From NCBI GenBank assembly GCA_963664225.1, contig OY760937.1, positions 5,248,001 through 5,312,000 on the forward strand: a DNA stretch of 64,000 bases. The letters are read 5' to 3'. Made by a program: the position numbers and the translations under genes. This document shows positions 50,404 through 62,142 of this stretch, one piece after another (the stretch's first letter is position 1; every line of letters starts with the position of its first letter). Under the pieces are notes generated by a model. The model had not been told where the DNA came from. It worked only from the letters and a program-made list of their open reading frames with translations, and searched no databases. This DNA comes from Verrucomicrobiia bacterium. GTDB lineage: Bacteria; Verrucomicrobiota; Verrucomicrobiia; Limisphaerales; UBA1319.

Positions 50404-52794
50404 ATGAGCATCCTCCCACTCGTCTTCGGCTTGGCCCTCTTTGGGTCAGTCCGGGCCAATGCACAGCAGGAGGACACCGCTCTGGCAGGCGGACTGCCAT
50501 CCTGCTCGCCGGAGTTGGAACAGGCTTCGCATTCCCTGGTACAAAAACAATGGGCTGAAGCGAATGAAACATTTCAAAAGGTCGTCACAGACCCGTCCGC
50601 TCCGGGTTTCATTCGCAGCCTGGCTTCGGATGGCCTGGTGGAAACGGCGCTTGCGGCCAGTAACATTCCGGGCGCGATCAAGTTCGCGACTTCCATGGCG
50701 GAAAACGACCAACTCCCCGCGTTTTACCGGGACCAGGCGCGCCGACTCATCGTGGAACTCGAGCGGCAGCAAAAAGGTCTGTCGGCCCGCGATCCCAAGG
50801 CATATCGCACCGCTTTGCCCTCGCTGCCTGCAGAAGTCGGCGCTGTGTTTGTTGTGGCGTCGGCAGCACACCCGGGAGGAGATGGTTCGGCAACCAGACC
50901 TTTTGAGTCTCTGGAGTTGGCACGGGAGGCCATTCGGGCTTTGAAACGATCGTCGGGAGGCCATCTGCCCAAGGGCGGTATCCGTGTCATCATCCGAGGG
51001 GGTGATTATCCCGTGAGCCAGACCTTTAACCTGACGGCGGAGGATTCCGGCACGGCCGAGTCACCCGTGGTCTATCAGGCAGAATCGAATGAAAGCCCTG
51101 TCTTTATGGGAGGTGTACGGCTGACGGGGTGGCAACCGATCGCAGAGGCAAAACAGCGTGAAAGACTCGACCCCGCCATTCGGGACCGGGTGCTGGAGAC
51201 CGATTTGGCGGCCCAAGGAGTGAAGGATTGGGGTGACGCGACGACGTTGCGCCGCCGTCCGGAACTCTTCTGCGATGGTGCGCCGCAGACTCTGGCTCGC
51301 TGGCCCAACGAGGGGTTTGTGAAAACCGGGGATGTCTTGGGCGCGACACCCGTTAAGGACGGCGGGCAGATTGGCAGCAAGGAAGGCGTTTTTCATTACA
51401 TGGAAGATCGTCCCGCGCGCTGGACAAATGAGCCGGACATCAGGCTGTATGGCTATTGGTATTGGGATTGGTTTGAAGAATATCAAACGGTAAAAGCCAT
51501 CGATATCGCGACCAAAGTAATCACGCTCAAATCGCCTTACAGCAACTATGGTTATCGGAAGAACCAACGGTATCGCGCGGAAAACGCGTTTGTGGAGATC
51601 GACCAACCTGGCGAATGGTATCTTGATCGGCGCTCCGGACTCCTATACTGGCTGCCTCCCGAGGGCGTCCAACCCAATCAGGCCCAGGTTACCTTAAGCG
51701 TGTTCAATGGACCGTTTGTGAACATGGAGAACACCGAGCATGTCGTCCTGCTCGGCCTGACCTTTCAGGAAAGTCGTGGAGACGCGCTTCGTATCCGTGG
51801 CGGTGGGAATTGCCTGGTGGCGGGCTGCACCGTGCGGCGAGGCGGAGGCGACGCCTTGATCATTGATGGAGGCACACATCACCAGATATTCGGATGCGCC
51901 ATTCACACCATGGGATGCGGTGGGATGCGTGTGCAAGGCGGGGACCGGGAGAAATTGATCGCTGGCCACCACGATGTCGAAAACTGCCATGTCTTTGACA
52001 TCTCACGCTTGAAACGCACCTACGCGCCTGCCGTCTTGCTGGAGGGCTGCGGCAATCGGGTGGCACACAACCTTTTCGAACAAATGCCCTCATCCGCGAT
52101 GCGTATCGAGGGCAATGACCATGTGATTGAGCTCAATGAAGTGCGTCACGTCGTGAAAGAATCCGACGATCAGGGCGGGGTGGATATTTTTGGAAATCCA
52201 TTATACCGCGGCATTGTCATCCGGTGGAATCATTGGACCGATATCGGTGGGGGAACAGCCTGCGGCGCGGCGGGCATTCGCCTGGACGATATGATTTCGG
52301 GCGTGGCCATCCACGGCAATGTTTTTGAGCGTTGCGGCGCGGTGATCTTCGGTGGGGTGCAGATCCACGGAGGCAAAGAGAACCTCGTGGACGGCAACCT
52401 GTTTTTGGATTGTTTTGCCGGCATCAGTTTCAGCCGCTGGGATGAAAAACGATGGCGGGATGCCGTCCGACCGTTTCTCCCTCAGGCCAGATCAACCCCT
52501 TACGCGAAGCGGTATCCTGAATTGGATCACTTGGAAGAGAACTGGAATATCAACCAGATCAGCCTTAATGTTTTTGCCCATTGCCAGTCGGTTTTTCTGA
52601 GGGACGGAGGGGTGGAGCAGACCGCACTGAACCTCGTTCTCAGCTCGACCATGGATCCTGCAATCTTATCCGATCCAACGAAGATTGATCAGATTCCCGC
52701 GCTAAGCCAACCGTTGTTTGAGCCGATTCCGGTGGCTGAGATGGGGCCTTACGCGCATCCATGGAAGGCTTCCGCAATGGCGACCGGTAATTAA
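50404..52794 (+). CDS. Secreted right-handed beta-helix protein (GH141-like candidate)
   Basis: GDGSATRPFESL..AR, IRGGDY, LARWPN, IDQPGEWYLD, GNDHVIE.N, DDQG, GIRLDD. Confidence 0.8.
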   Translation: MSILPLVFGLALFGSVRANAQQEDTALAGGLPSCSPELEQASHSLVQKQWAEANETFQKVVTDPSAPGFIRSLASDGLVETALAASNIPGAIKFATSMAENDQLPAFYRDQARRLIVELERQQKGLSARDPKAYRTALPSLPAEVGAVFVVASAAHPGGDGSATRPFESLELAREAIRALKRSSGGHLPKGGIRVIIRGGDYPVSQTFNLTAEDSGTAESPVVYQAESNESPVFMGGVRLTGWQPIAEAKQRERLDPAIRDRVLETDLAAQGVKDWGDATTLRRRPELFCDGAPQTLARWPNEGFVKTGDVLGATPVKDGGQIGSKEGVFHYMEDRPARWTNEPDIRLYGYWYWDWFEEYQTVKAIDIATKVITLKSPYSNYGYRKNQRYRAENAFVEIDQPGEWYLDRRSGLLYWLPPEGVQPNQAQVTLSVFNGPFVNMENTEHVVLLGLTFQESRGDALRIRGGGNCLVAGCTVRRGGGDALIIDGGTHHQIFGCAIHTMGCGGMRVQGGDREKLIAGHHDVENCHVFDISRLKRTYAPAVLLEGCGNRVAHNLFEQMPSSAMRIEGNDHVIELNEVRHVVKESDDQGGVDIFGNPLYRGIVIRWNHWTDIGGGTACGAAGIRLDDMISGVAIHGNVFERCGAVIFGGVQIHGGKENLVDGNLFLDCFAGISFSRWDEKRWRDAVRPFLPQARSTPYAKRYPELDHLEENWNINQISLNVFAHCQSVFLRDGGVEQTALNLVLSSTMDPAILSDPTKIDQIPALSQPLFEPIPVAEMGPYAHPWKASAMATGN

Positions 52795-52869
52795 TGCAAA
52801 TCAAAGCGACGTCTTAATTGGAGGAGGAGTTCGGACACAATCCTTTTGCAGGCTTGAAAAGCGAGGGAT

Positions 52870-53140
52870 TGTTGCCAGCACCTCCGTCAGTGTCAGCATT
52901 GCGCCGATCAAGGGAAGAATCAGGCGCGTCAGACTCTCCGTCGTCCCAAAGCTTTGGAGCACCGGCTGGCTGGTGAGCCATTCGCTTGCGAACCCATTGA
53001 GCGTTGGCAGCGCCGAAATTGCGACCGCGCCAATCAGGAAGAAAAAGGCCGTCTTCGGAATCCGACGGATCAGGCCGCCCATTTCCACCATGTTGCGCGT
53101 GTGCGTGGAATGCAGCACTGCCGCCGCCTGTTCCAGGAGG
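52870..53140 (-). pseudogene. Internal fragment of a HyfB-like (hydrogenase-4 / NuoL-type) membrane subunit
   Basis: VLHSTHTRNM.EMGGLIRR.P.TA.FFLIGAVAISALP.LNGF.SEWL. Confidence 0.75.
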
Positions 53141-53235
53141 CGAGATCACGCTTCGCCGCTGGTCTCCTTGAAAGGCAGATTATTATATTGGGTTACTGTG
53201 TTGTTGAACACAGGCAAACGCTCACCAGGATCCGA

Positions 53236-54570
53236 TTATTTCGTAACATTGGCGCCTTGGCGCGTGATCAGGTCGTAGGTGAAGGTGCGTTGTTCGCGGG
53301 ACTTGAGAGGGATGACAAACTTGACCTTGTTGGCGTCCACTTTTTCATTGGGCGCCTGGGTGTCGATGGACCAGTCCCCGGTGAAGTTGCGCCGAATATC
53401 CAGTGTGATGTCGATGTCCTTGGAATTGCGCACTTCGAATTGCCAGGTCTCCTTGGTGGTCCAGCCGGAGACGTTGCCCTTGTCATCGAACCGGATGTCT
53501 GATTTTTCCCAGTTCATCAGCACGGGTTTGACGAGCACCTCCTGGTCCGCGCCCAATTCGAGGTCCACCTGCTCATTGATGGGGATGTATTTCACGGACG
53601 TGCCGCCAGTATAAGCGTAAAGGCGGTCTTCACCGAGAACACGGAGGGCCTTGACCGCGCCATCCGGCAGCGGTTCCTTGCCGAGCTTGCTCTTGGTGTC
53701 GTTTTTAAACGGATAGAACCGCACCACCTGGTCCTTCCACTGTTCTTTCTCGAACTTGTAATAACTGGTGATGGGCACTTCATCGGCCTTGAACGACGGC
53801 AGGCGTTTGGACCAGCCGTTGGGAATGGTGTCGCTGCCACCCACCGTGTACATGAAGTATTCAGAGAGACCTTCCTTCACGATTTCCTTGGCTTTGAGGC
53901 TATCCACGTCGAATGCAAAATATTGTCGACCCAGGCTCGCTCTGCGTTGAACCACCTCTGATTTCGACATGGCATCTTTCATTTCGCCGTTCAATACTAT
54001 CCCACGGTCCTGCGGTTGGAAATTTTGGGCCAAGTGGGAGATATCCTCCACCAGGCGGATGACGCCCACGATCAGCCGCACCTGGGCATTCTCGTAATCC
54101 TCGCCGCTGTTGTTGGTCACGCGCACCGCACCGGACAAGGCCATCATCTTTTCGTCGCGAGTGGCCTCGGCCACATAATCGGCCGACCACGTAATGCCAC
54201 TGGTGAAGTAACGAATCTCCACCTCCACTTCCCCCGCAAACTCACTTTGGATGCGCCACTCCAGTGTATTCGTCACACGCGGAGGAAAACTGGCGTCGAG
54301 AACGTCCACGGCATCGGCGTGGGTGAGCGCGCGAAACTCCACTGACGTGGGATCGATCAGCGTGTTGGCCCAGGAAAACTCGAGATGGTTCAGCCCCTTG
54401 CGCAGGGTCAGGATGCGCGTTTCCTTGACCAGCGTGAGGTCGGCGGAATTGTAAATGGTCAGTTGCGTGGAATCGCGTCCGGGCAGCGTGACCACAGTGA
54501 TGCGCGCATGGACCGTGGCGGCCGTGAGTAAGACAACCCCCAACAGGATCCATGGCAATTTGGTTTTCAT
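53236..54570 (-). CDS. DUF4139-domain secreted protein
   Basis: Signal peptide; LTIYNS.DLTLVKETR, IDPTSV, Y.TSGITWSADY, NNSGEDYENA. Confidence 0.85.
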   Translation of the reverse strand: MKTKLPWILLGVVLLTAATVHARITVVTLPGRDSTQLTIYNSADLTLVKETRILTLRKGLNHLEFSWANTLIDPTSVEFRALTHADAVDVLDASFPPRVTNTLEWRIQSEFAGEVEVEIRYFTSGITWSADYVAEATRDEKMMALSGAVRVTNNSGEDYENAQVRLIVGVIRLVEDISHLAQNFQPQDRGIVLNGEMKDAMSKSEVVQRRASLGRQYFAFDVDSLKAKEIVKEGLSEYFMYTVGGSDTIPNGWSKRLPSFKADEVPITSYYKFEKEQWKDQVVRFYPFKNDTKSKLGKEPLPDGAVKALRVLGEDRLYAYTGGTSVKYIPINEQVDLELGADQEVLVKPVLMNWEKSDIRFDDKGNVSGWTTKETWQFEVRNSKDIDITLDIRRNFTGDWSIDTQAPNEKVDANKVKFVIPLKSREQRTFTYDLITRQGANVTK

Positions 54571-54822
54571 AACAGTCAATCATTCCCGATCGCAATGGAC
54601 CGGCGCATTTCAAGGAATTAGACGGACTCCCGAAAAATTTCCTCCGCAAAGTAAATCGCGATGTAATCCGCGCCACTGTTCTTCAACGGCACGAATCCAC
54701 GTTGCAGAAAAACTTGACCTGTCAGCGCCGTGTTTTGACAATCACGTTCACTCGAGAACACTGAACGATTATGAACGAAAGCATGCGGGGGAAGTCGAAT
54801 CGCCGCCTGATATGTATTCTGG

Positions 54823-55016
54823 CACTCCTGGGCACCGCGTCCGATATGGAGATTGTCGCGCGCCTTGGACGCCAGGACATCTTGTAGCCGTCGTTTGTAT
54901 CCGCCGCCAAAAGCTGGACATATCGAATCAGTATTGGCAGCAGCGCAGTGGGAGACAGCGCTTACGGAAAGGTCAGACATCCACTGGGAATATCGCGGTA
55001 AGCGCTTCGAATCCTT
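54823..55016 (+). repeat. Second, frameshifted copy of the Myb/HTH-like repeat fragment
   Basis: Homologous to about 35217-35400 (GGGCACCGCGTC...CCGCCGCCAAAAGCTGG...GCAGTGGGAGACAGCG.TTACGGAAAGGTCAG). Confidence 0.85.
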
Positions 55017-55220
55017 CAGGGTAAAGGAACGCGCACAAAATCCACCGCATCCGTCAACGCCGTCTTGATCTACTCTTCGGCCGAATGGCAGCAGACTTCG
55101 TGGAATAACTGCATGCTCCATAAAAAATCACTTCGTTTTGGATGGCTCAGGCTTTGTAGATGCCGACTCCAAATGAGCTCGAAAAATATGATGCGGAGAC
55201 TCGGTATAATCACCGTCGAG

Positions 55221-55382
55221 TGTGACAAAATGTGACAAACAAACTGCGTTTTATGGGGTTAATCTTCGTATTTGCCTTGCGAAGCGATTTGTTATAACTT
55301 GTTGATGTATGACAACATCAGCCACTTATGAAGGTGGCTGTGGGAGAGCTGGTCCAGGATTCGATTCTCTTCACCCGCTCCA
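55221..55382 (+). mobile_element. att-like junction 2: arm-type direct repeats plus tRNA-Gly 3'-end fragment
   Basis: TGTGACAAA x2 at 55221-55239; IHF-like TAACTTGTTGATG at 55295; hairpin CAGCCAC-TTATGAAG-GTGGCTG; TTCGATTCTCTTCACCCGCTCCA at 55360-55382. Confidence 0.75.
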
Positions 55383-55666
55383 ATCTATATACCTTATTCC
55401 AAACGACTTGCGTTTAAAGAGCGGTTGTAAACAACCGTTGCATGACGCCTGCAAAAGGGCGCTTTAAGAAGAACGCCGCTTTTGTTGCGCAGTGTCGAGG
55501 TGATGATAAAAAACATTCGGGTCTTCGCAATATCACCTGACATGCATCAAACCATGCCTGAATCACGTGAGCACTGGCGACGAATTACGCTTGGGCTTTC
55601 ACCCGCCGACAGGCATCCGCACATGAGCGGCACGGATGCCTGCCAGCTAACCATGGCAAGGACGGT

Positions 55667-56935
<1,269 letters not shown>

Positions 56936-57319
56936 CTAAGTGATATGATTTATAGCGCCTTTCCACCATTTTTTGAAATGAGTATCTATGCTCAGTGTGC
57001 CATCGGGTCTTACTCTCTTATGAATTCCGTCTCGAGAAATGAGTATTCATGCTCATTTCCACGACAACCGACATCTGCTTTCATTCAACGGACAAAAGAA
57101 TTTCCATTTGGACGGCGGTGATTCGCAAATCGCATGTTGCGCTTCGTTATCGAAATGGGAGATTTCTTTCGCCGAAATTACCAAAGAAAGCCCTGAAGAA
57201 AGATCATGAAGGACGACCGGAGATCAAGTGGGCAACGAAGCAATGCTTCGGACTCCCGAATGGCCAATCCAGCCTTCGAATGGTGTGATGGCGGTTGTCG
57301 CAAACACAAAAACAGTTAA

Positions 57320-59653
57320 ATGAAGAAGAGCGTCCACAATCGATCTCCTCGTGCCAGCTCAGGCAGAACTGCCGTTCCCGCCTATAAGAATCCCGCGCTC
57401 GCGCCTGAAAAACGCGTCAAAGACCTGCTCGCGCGGATGACTCTGGAGCAGAAGGCGGCCCAGATGATGTGCATCTGGCGAAGCAAGGCTGAAACGCTGG
57501 TGGATGCGGACGGGAATTTTGATCCGGTCAAGGCGAGGAAGGCCCTCGGCAAAGGCACCGGGATTGGCCAGGTCGGTCGTCCCAGCGATGCGGGCAGGGG
57601 CAGGGACGCGCGCGGGATGGCTGAGTTGACCAACGCAATCCAGAAGTTTTTTATCGAGGAGATGCCGTTGGGAATTCCGGTGATATTCCACGAGGAATGC
57701 CTGCACGGACACGCGGCGATTGGCGGCACGAGCTTCCCGCAGCCGATCGGTCTGGGCGCAACTTTCAACCCCGGGCTGGTGGAGGAACTCTTTGAAATGA
57801 CAGCGCTTGAGGCCCGAAGCCGCGGCACACATCAGGCTTTGACCCCTGTGGTGGATGTCGCGCGGGATCCCCGTTGGGGCCGGGTTGAGGAAACCTACGG
57901 TGAAGACCCTTACCTGGTTGCGCGCCTGGGAGTTGCCGCGGTTCGGGGATTTCAAGGCGATGCGTCCTTCCGCGACAAGACTCGCGTCATTGCCACTTTG
58001 AAACACTTCGCAGCGCATGGCCAGCCCGAGTCAGGAATGAATTGCGCCCCTGTGAACGTTTCCGAGCGCGTTCTCCGCGAGACCTTCCTATCGACATTCA
58101 AAGCGGCGCTCCACGAAGCAGGCGCCATCAGCGTGATGGCCTCGTACAATGAAATCGACGGCGTGCCATCGCATGCCAGCAAATGGCTTTTGCGCGACCT
58201 GCTGCGCAAGGAATGGGGCTTCAAAGGCTTCGTCGTTTCGGATTACTATGCGATTTGGGAACTGGGTTATCGACCGGAAACCCACGGCCATTTTGTTGCA
58301 AAAGACAAAGCCGAATCTTGCCGCCTTGCGGTGAAGGCAGGAGTCAACATTGAGCTGCCTGATCCGGATTGCTACCAGCAACTGGTTTCGCTTGTTCGCA
58401 AAGGGGCGCTTCTGGAAGCGGAACTGGACGAACTGGTCGCGCCCATGCTTTTGTGGAAATTCAAATTGGGCTTGTTCGATGATCCTTATGTTGATCCGGA
58501 TACGGCCGATAGGGTGACCGGATGCGGTGCTCATCGGGCGCTGGCACTTCGCGCGGCGCGTGAAACCATCACGCTTCTCAAGAACGAAAACCAGACTGTC
58601 CCGCTCAATCCCTCAAAACTGAAAACGATTGCGGTGATCGGACCAAACGCAAACCGGAGCCTCCTCGGTGGCTACAGCGGTGTGCCAAAGAAAGAAATCA
58701 CGGTGCTGGAGGGCATTAAAGCCCGGGCCGGTGCGGGCATCCGCGTTCTTTACAGCGAAGGCTGCAAGATCACGCAGAGCGGCTCCTGGAATGAAGACAA
58801 GGTCGTGCCCAGCGATCCCGACGAGGATCGCCGCCAGATTGCAGAGGCGGTTGCTGTCGCCCGGGAGGCCGACGTTATTGTGCTGGCGATTGGAGGCAAT
58901 GAGCAAACCTCACGCGAGGCATGGTCATTAACGCACTTGGGAGATCGCGCCCGGCTTGACCTTGTTGGCCGCCAGGAGGAACTCATTCAGGCGATGGCCG
59001 GGTTGGGCAAGCCAATTGTGGCGTTCCTGTTTAATGGCCGTCCACTGGCCATCAATAGCCTTACGACAACGGTGCCGGCGATATTCGAATGTTGGTATCT
59101 CGGTCAGGAAACAGGTCAGGCGGTTGCGGAGGTGCTGTTCGGTGATGCCAACCCGGGGGGAAAGCTGCCCATAACCATCCCGCGCTCTGCCGGTCACCTG
59201 CCGGTGTTCTATAATTACAAACCGTCTGCACGCCGCGGTTATCTATTTGACGATGTCACACCGCTGTATCCCTTTGGCTTTGGCCTCAGCTACACCCGGT
59301 TCAAATTCGAGAACCTGCGCTTGAAGAAAAAACGCATCAAAGTCGGCGAAAGCACGACAGTGCAGGTGGATGTGACCAATGCGGGTAAGCGCGAGGGCGC
59401 CGAGGTGGTGCAGATGTATATTCGCGACCGGGTCAGTTCGGTGACGCGGCCGATCAAAGAGTTGAAGGGCTTTCGCAAGATCCTTCTTGCTCCGGGTGAG
59501 ACCCAAACGATCACTCTCGATATCACGCCCGAATCTCTTTCGTTTTACGACATTGAGATGGAATACCGGGTTGAACCGGGCGAGTTTGAAATTCAGGTTG
59601 GCAATTCCTCCCGCGACGCCGACCTGCAAAAAGTTATCCTCACTGTTGTGTAA
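57320..59653 (+). CDS. GH3 beta-glucosidase/beta-xylosidase with Fn3-like domain
   Basis: HEECLHG, RDPRWGRVEETYGED, KHF, VSDY, LLKN, YPFGFGLSYT, KELKGF. Confidence 0.95.
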   Translation: MKKSVHNRSPRASSGRTAVPAYKNPALAPEKRVKDLLARMTLEQKAAQMMCIWRSKAETLVDADGNFDPVKARKALGKGTGIGQVGRPSDAGRGRDARGMAELTNAIQKFFIEEMPLGIPVIFHEECLHGHAAIGGTSFPQPIGLGATFNPGLVEELFEMTALEARSRGTHQALTPVVDVARDPRWGRVEETYGEDPYLVARLGVAAVRGFQGDASFRDKTRVIATLKHFAAHGQPESGMNCAPVNVSERVLRETFLSTFKAALHEAGAISVMASYNEIDGVPSHASKWLLRDLLRKEWGFKGFVVSDYYAIWELGYRPETHGHFVAKDKAESCRLAVKAGVNIELPDPDCYQQLVSLVRKGALLEAELDELVAPMLLWKFKLGLFDDPYVDPDTADRVTGCGAHRALALRAARETITLLKNENQTVPLNPSKLKTIAVIGPNANRSLLGGYSGVPKKEITVLEGIKARAGAGIRVLYSEGCKITQSGSWNEDKVVPSDPDEDRRQIAEAVAVAREADVIVLAIGGNEQTSREAWSLTHLGDRARLDLVGRQEELIQAMAGLGKPIVAFLFNGRPLAINSLTTTVPAIFECWYLGQETGQAVAEVLFGDANPGGKLPITIPRSAGHLPVFYNYKPSARRGYLFDDVTPLYPFGFGLSYTRFKFENLRLKKKRIKVGESTTVQVDVTNAGKREGAEVVQMYIRDRVSSVTRPIKELKGFRKILLAPGETQTITLDITPESLSFYDIEMEYRVEPGEFEIQVGNSSRDADLQKVILTVV

Positions 59654-59674
59654 TCAAACCACCCAAACCACCTC

Positions 59675-61234
59675 ATGTCCGCCCAGAATCAACGCCTCTC
59701 GGTCGTCGAAAAAGTCGGCTACAGCCTTGGCGACAGCGCCGCCAACTTCGTCTTCATGACGATGGTGCTCTTCCAGCTCAACTTCTATACGGACGTGTTC
59801 GGGCTGACGGCGAGTGCCGCTGCGGCGATTCTTCTATGGCCCCGCTTGTGGGATGCGGTCGCGGATCCGATCGTGGGCATCCTGGCGGACCGCACGAATA
59901 CGCGATGGGGCAAGTTCCGTCCGTGGGTTTTGTTCACCTCCGTTCCATGGTTCATAGTGATGATTCTTGCCTACACGACGCCGCACGGGTACAGCACCAC
60001 GGCGCTCATCGCTTACGCCGTCGTCACGAATACGCTGCTGATGACGTTCTACTCCATGAACAACATGCCCTACGCGGCTTTGGGCGGGGTAATGACCGGT
60101 GATGTCCATGAACGAACGAGCCTGAATTCTTACCGGTTCATCGCCGTGAACGCGGCACAATTCATCGTGGGCGGATTCACCCTGCCACTGGTCGCCAGAT
60201 TTGCGGCGAAGCACGCTGCGGCGTCGGGCGGAACGGTCGGCATTGCTGACAAGCAGTATGGGTGGCAGATGACGATGGTGGTCTGGGCGGTCGTTTGTCT
60301 GGTCTGCTTCATCATCACCTTTGCATCCACTCGGGAGCGCATCCAGCCTGTAACGAAAGAGAAATCGTCCCCGTTGCAGGATTTTCGCGACTTGCTCAAA
60401 AACAATCCGTGGAAAGTGATGTGGTGCTGGACACTGGTGCATTTTGCGATTCTCTCTTTCCGGGGTGGCGCTCTCTATAACTACTACCATCATTTCGCCG
60501 ACAAAACGGCGATGTTCGAGTGCGTGAAGGCGTTCGGCCTCACGGCGCCTGCGCTTGCGCCTGGGGCTCCGACACCCGCTGGCATCCTCGAATGGCTTGG
60601 CTATATCGTGCATGGCGACCAGACTGCCTCGAACGTCGCGGATGTCTTCAACAGCATCGTCAACATGCTGGGCACCGGGCTGATCATGATCGTCATCCTG
60701 CTTTCGCCGTCGCTTGCCAGGAAATTTGGGAAGAAAGCCGTCGCCACCGCCGGTTTTGTCTTCGCCACCCTCGGCTCGATTGCCTTCTATTTCCTCAGCC
60801 CAACAAATGTCTGGGGTATGCTGGGAATCACCTCCTTCATCTCGATCGTCTATGCGCCAACGATTCCGCTGACCTGGTCCATATTTGCAGACGTCGCCGA
60901 CTACTCCGAATGGAAAGTCGGACGCCGTTTCACCGGCATGGTTTTCGCCACGATTGGCTTTGCGCTGAAGTCCGGTCTGGCGCTCGGATCGGCCTCCTTC
61001 CTCTGGATCATGGTCGGCTTTTTCAACTACGACACGAAGATGCCGGACGCAGTCGCTGCGATCCAGGGCTACCGCGCCTGTAGCGGTCTGGTGGTTGGCG
61101 TCCTGTTCGCCATCTGCACGGTTCTGCTGGCCATTTACCAACTAAATAAAAAAGTCACACTCCAAATGGCCGATGAACTGGCCGAACGTCGGAAACGGTT
61201 GACCGGTACAACCACATCTTCAAACCCAGTATAA
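59675..61234 (+). CDS. Glycoside-pentoside-hexuronide (GPH) MFS symporter
   Basis: EKVGYSLGD.A.N, WDAVADP..G..ADRTNTRWGKFRPW, ADVADYSEWK.GRR. Confidence 0.95.
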   Translation: MSAQNQRLSVVEKVGYSLGDSAANFVFMTMVLFQLNFYTDVFGLTASAAAAILLWPRLWDAVADPIVGILADRTNTRWGKFRPWVLFTSVPWFIVMILAYTTPHGYSTTALIAYAVVTNTLLMTFYSMNNMPYAALGGVMTGDVHERTSLNSYRFIAVNAAQFIVGGFTLPLVARFAAKHAAASGGTVGIADKQYGWQMTMVVWAVVCLVCFIITFASTRERIQPVTKEKSSPLQDFRDLLKNNPWKVMWCWTLVHFAILSFRGGALYNYYHHFADKTAMFECVKAFGLTAPALAPGAPTPAGILEWLGYIVHGDQTASNVADVFNSIVNMLGTGLIMIVILLSPSLARKFGKKAVATAGFVFATLGSIAFYFLSPTNVWGMLGITSFISIVYAPTIPLTWSIFADVADYSEWKVGRRFTGMVFATIGFALKSGLALGSASFLWIMVGFFNYDTKMPDAVAAIQGYRACSGLVVGVLFAICTVLLAIYQLNKKVTLQMADELAERRKRLTGTTTSSNPV

Positions 61235-61342
61235 TGAATGAATTTCTCATCGGCCGCGCGCGGAACGAATTCCAACCGCGATTAACAACAACACCAACCT
61301 CCCGGTGAGATCAAAAAGAACAACTCAAACTTAAAATCAACT

Positions 61343-62005
61343 ATGCAAAACATTCCCGATATTGTTTCTCGCACTGTCCTGGGCTGCACAGCAGCCCTGT
61401 TATTGACGCTGGCAACCGGTTGCGAGACGGCCGAAACCCGTTCTGCGCAGCCCGCTCCGCCAAAGTCAACCGCCACTCCAGTCGCCCCAGTAGCGGTGAC
61501 CCCAACTCCCGCAGTGGCAACCCCGGCCCCGGCGGCAGCCGTTGCCACCACCCCGTCCATAATCCGCATCAAAGCGGGTGTGTCCGAACCCTTCAAGGAT
61601 TCCGCGGGCAATGTCTGGAAAGCCGAGGAAGGTTTCGAGGGTGGCAGTGTGATTGGCCGCGAGAACATTGAGGTTGCCAACACAAAGGACGCAGGGCTTT
61701 TCCTGACGGAACATTATTCGATGGATTCCTTCTCCTGCCCGGCCGCGAATGGCAAATATATCGCCAAACTTTACTTCTCCGAAATGTTTGAGGGCATCAC
61801 TGGGCCAGGTGGACGCGTCTTCTCCTTCAACGTCCAGGGCCACGAGTTCAAGGACTTCGATGTTTGGGTGAAAGCAGGCGGTCCCCATCGCGCCTACATT
61901 GAATCGGTGCCGGTGGAAGTCACAGACGGCAAATTCAAAATCACGTTCACCCCCAACGTTGAGAATCCGCAAATCAACGCCATCGAACTCATTCCTCAGC
62001 CATAA
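61343..62005 (+). CDS. Malectin-domain lipoprotein with Pro/Ala/Thr linker
   Basis: Lipobox ATGC; NGKY..KLYFSE, GGRVFSFNVQG, DFDVW..AGG, ENPQINAIE. Confidence 0.88.
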   Translation: MQNIPDIVSRTVLGCTAALLLTLATGCETAETRSAQPAPPKSTATPVAPVAVTPTPAVATPAPAAAVATTPSIIRIKAGVSEPFKDSAGNVWKAEEGFEGGSVIGRENIEVANTKDAGLFLTEHYSMDSFSCPAANGKYIAKLYFSEMFEGITGPGGRVFSFNVQGHEFKDFDVWVKAGGPHRAYIESVPVEVTDGKFKITFTPNVENPQINAIELIPQP

Positions 62006-62142
62006 CTCGCAAGATTGAGGCTTTATATTAGCGTTCAGGTCGCCAGTTGCTTGCAAACTGGCGGCCTGAATAGCTAGGGAACTCACGCCTGCCTGGTCGA
62101 AGTTCGTTTGCATGGAGATCATTAGCCATCATCAAATCACCC

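Noticed and set aside
52801..53149. Hydrogenase-4 operon
   Set aside because: Only a ~90-codon degenerate internal HyfB fragment, with no other subunits.
56987..57141. TGGCAC upstream of the esterase plus a single CGCATGTTGCG at 57131
   Set aside because: The -12 spacing is wrong and the palindrome is unpaired; compatible with the few chance hits expected.
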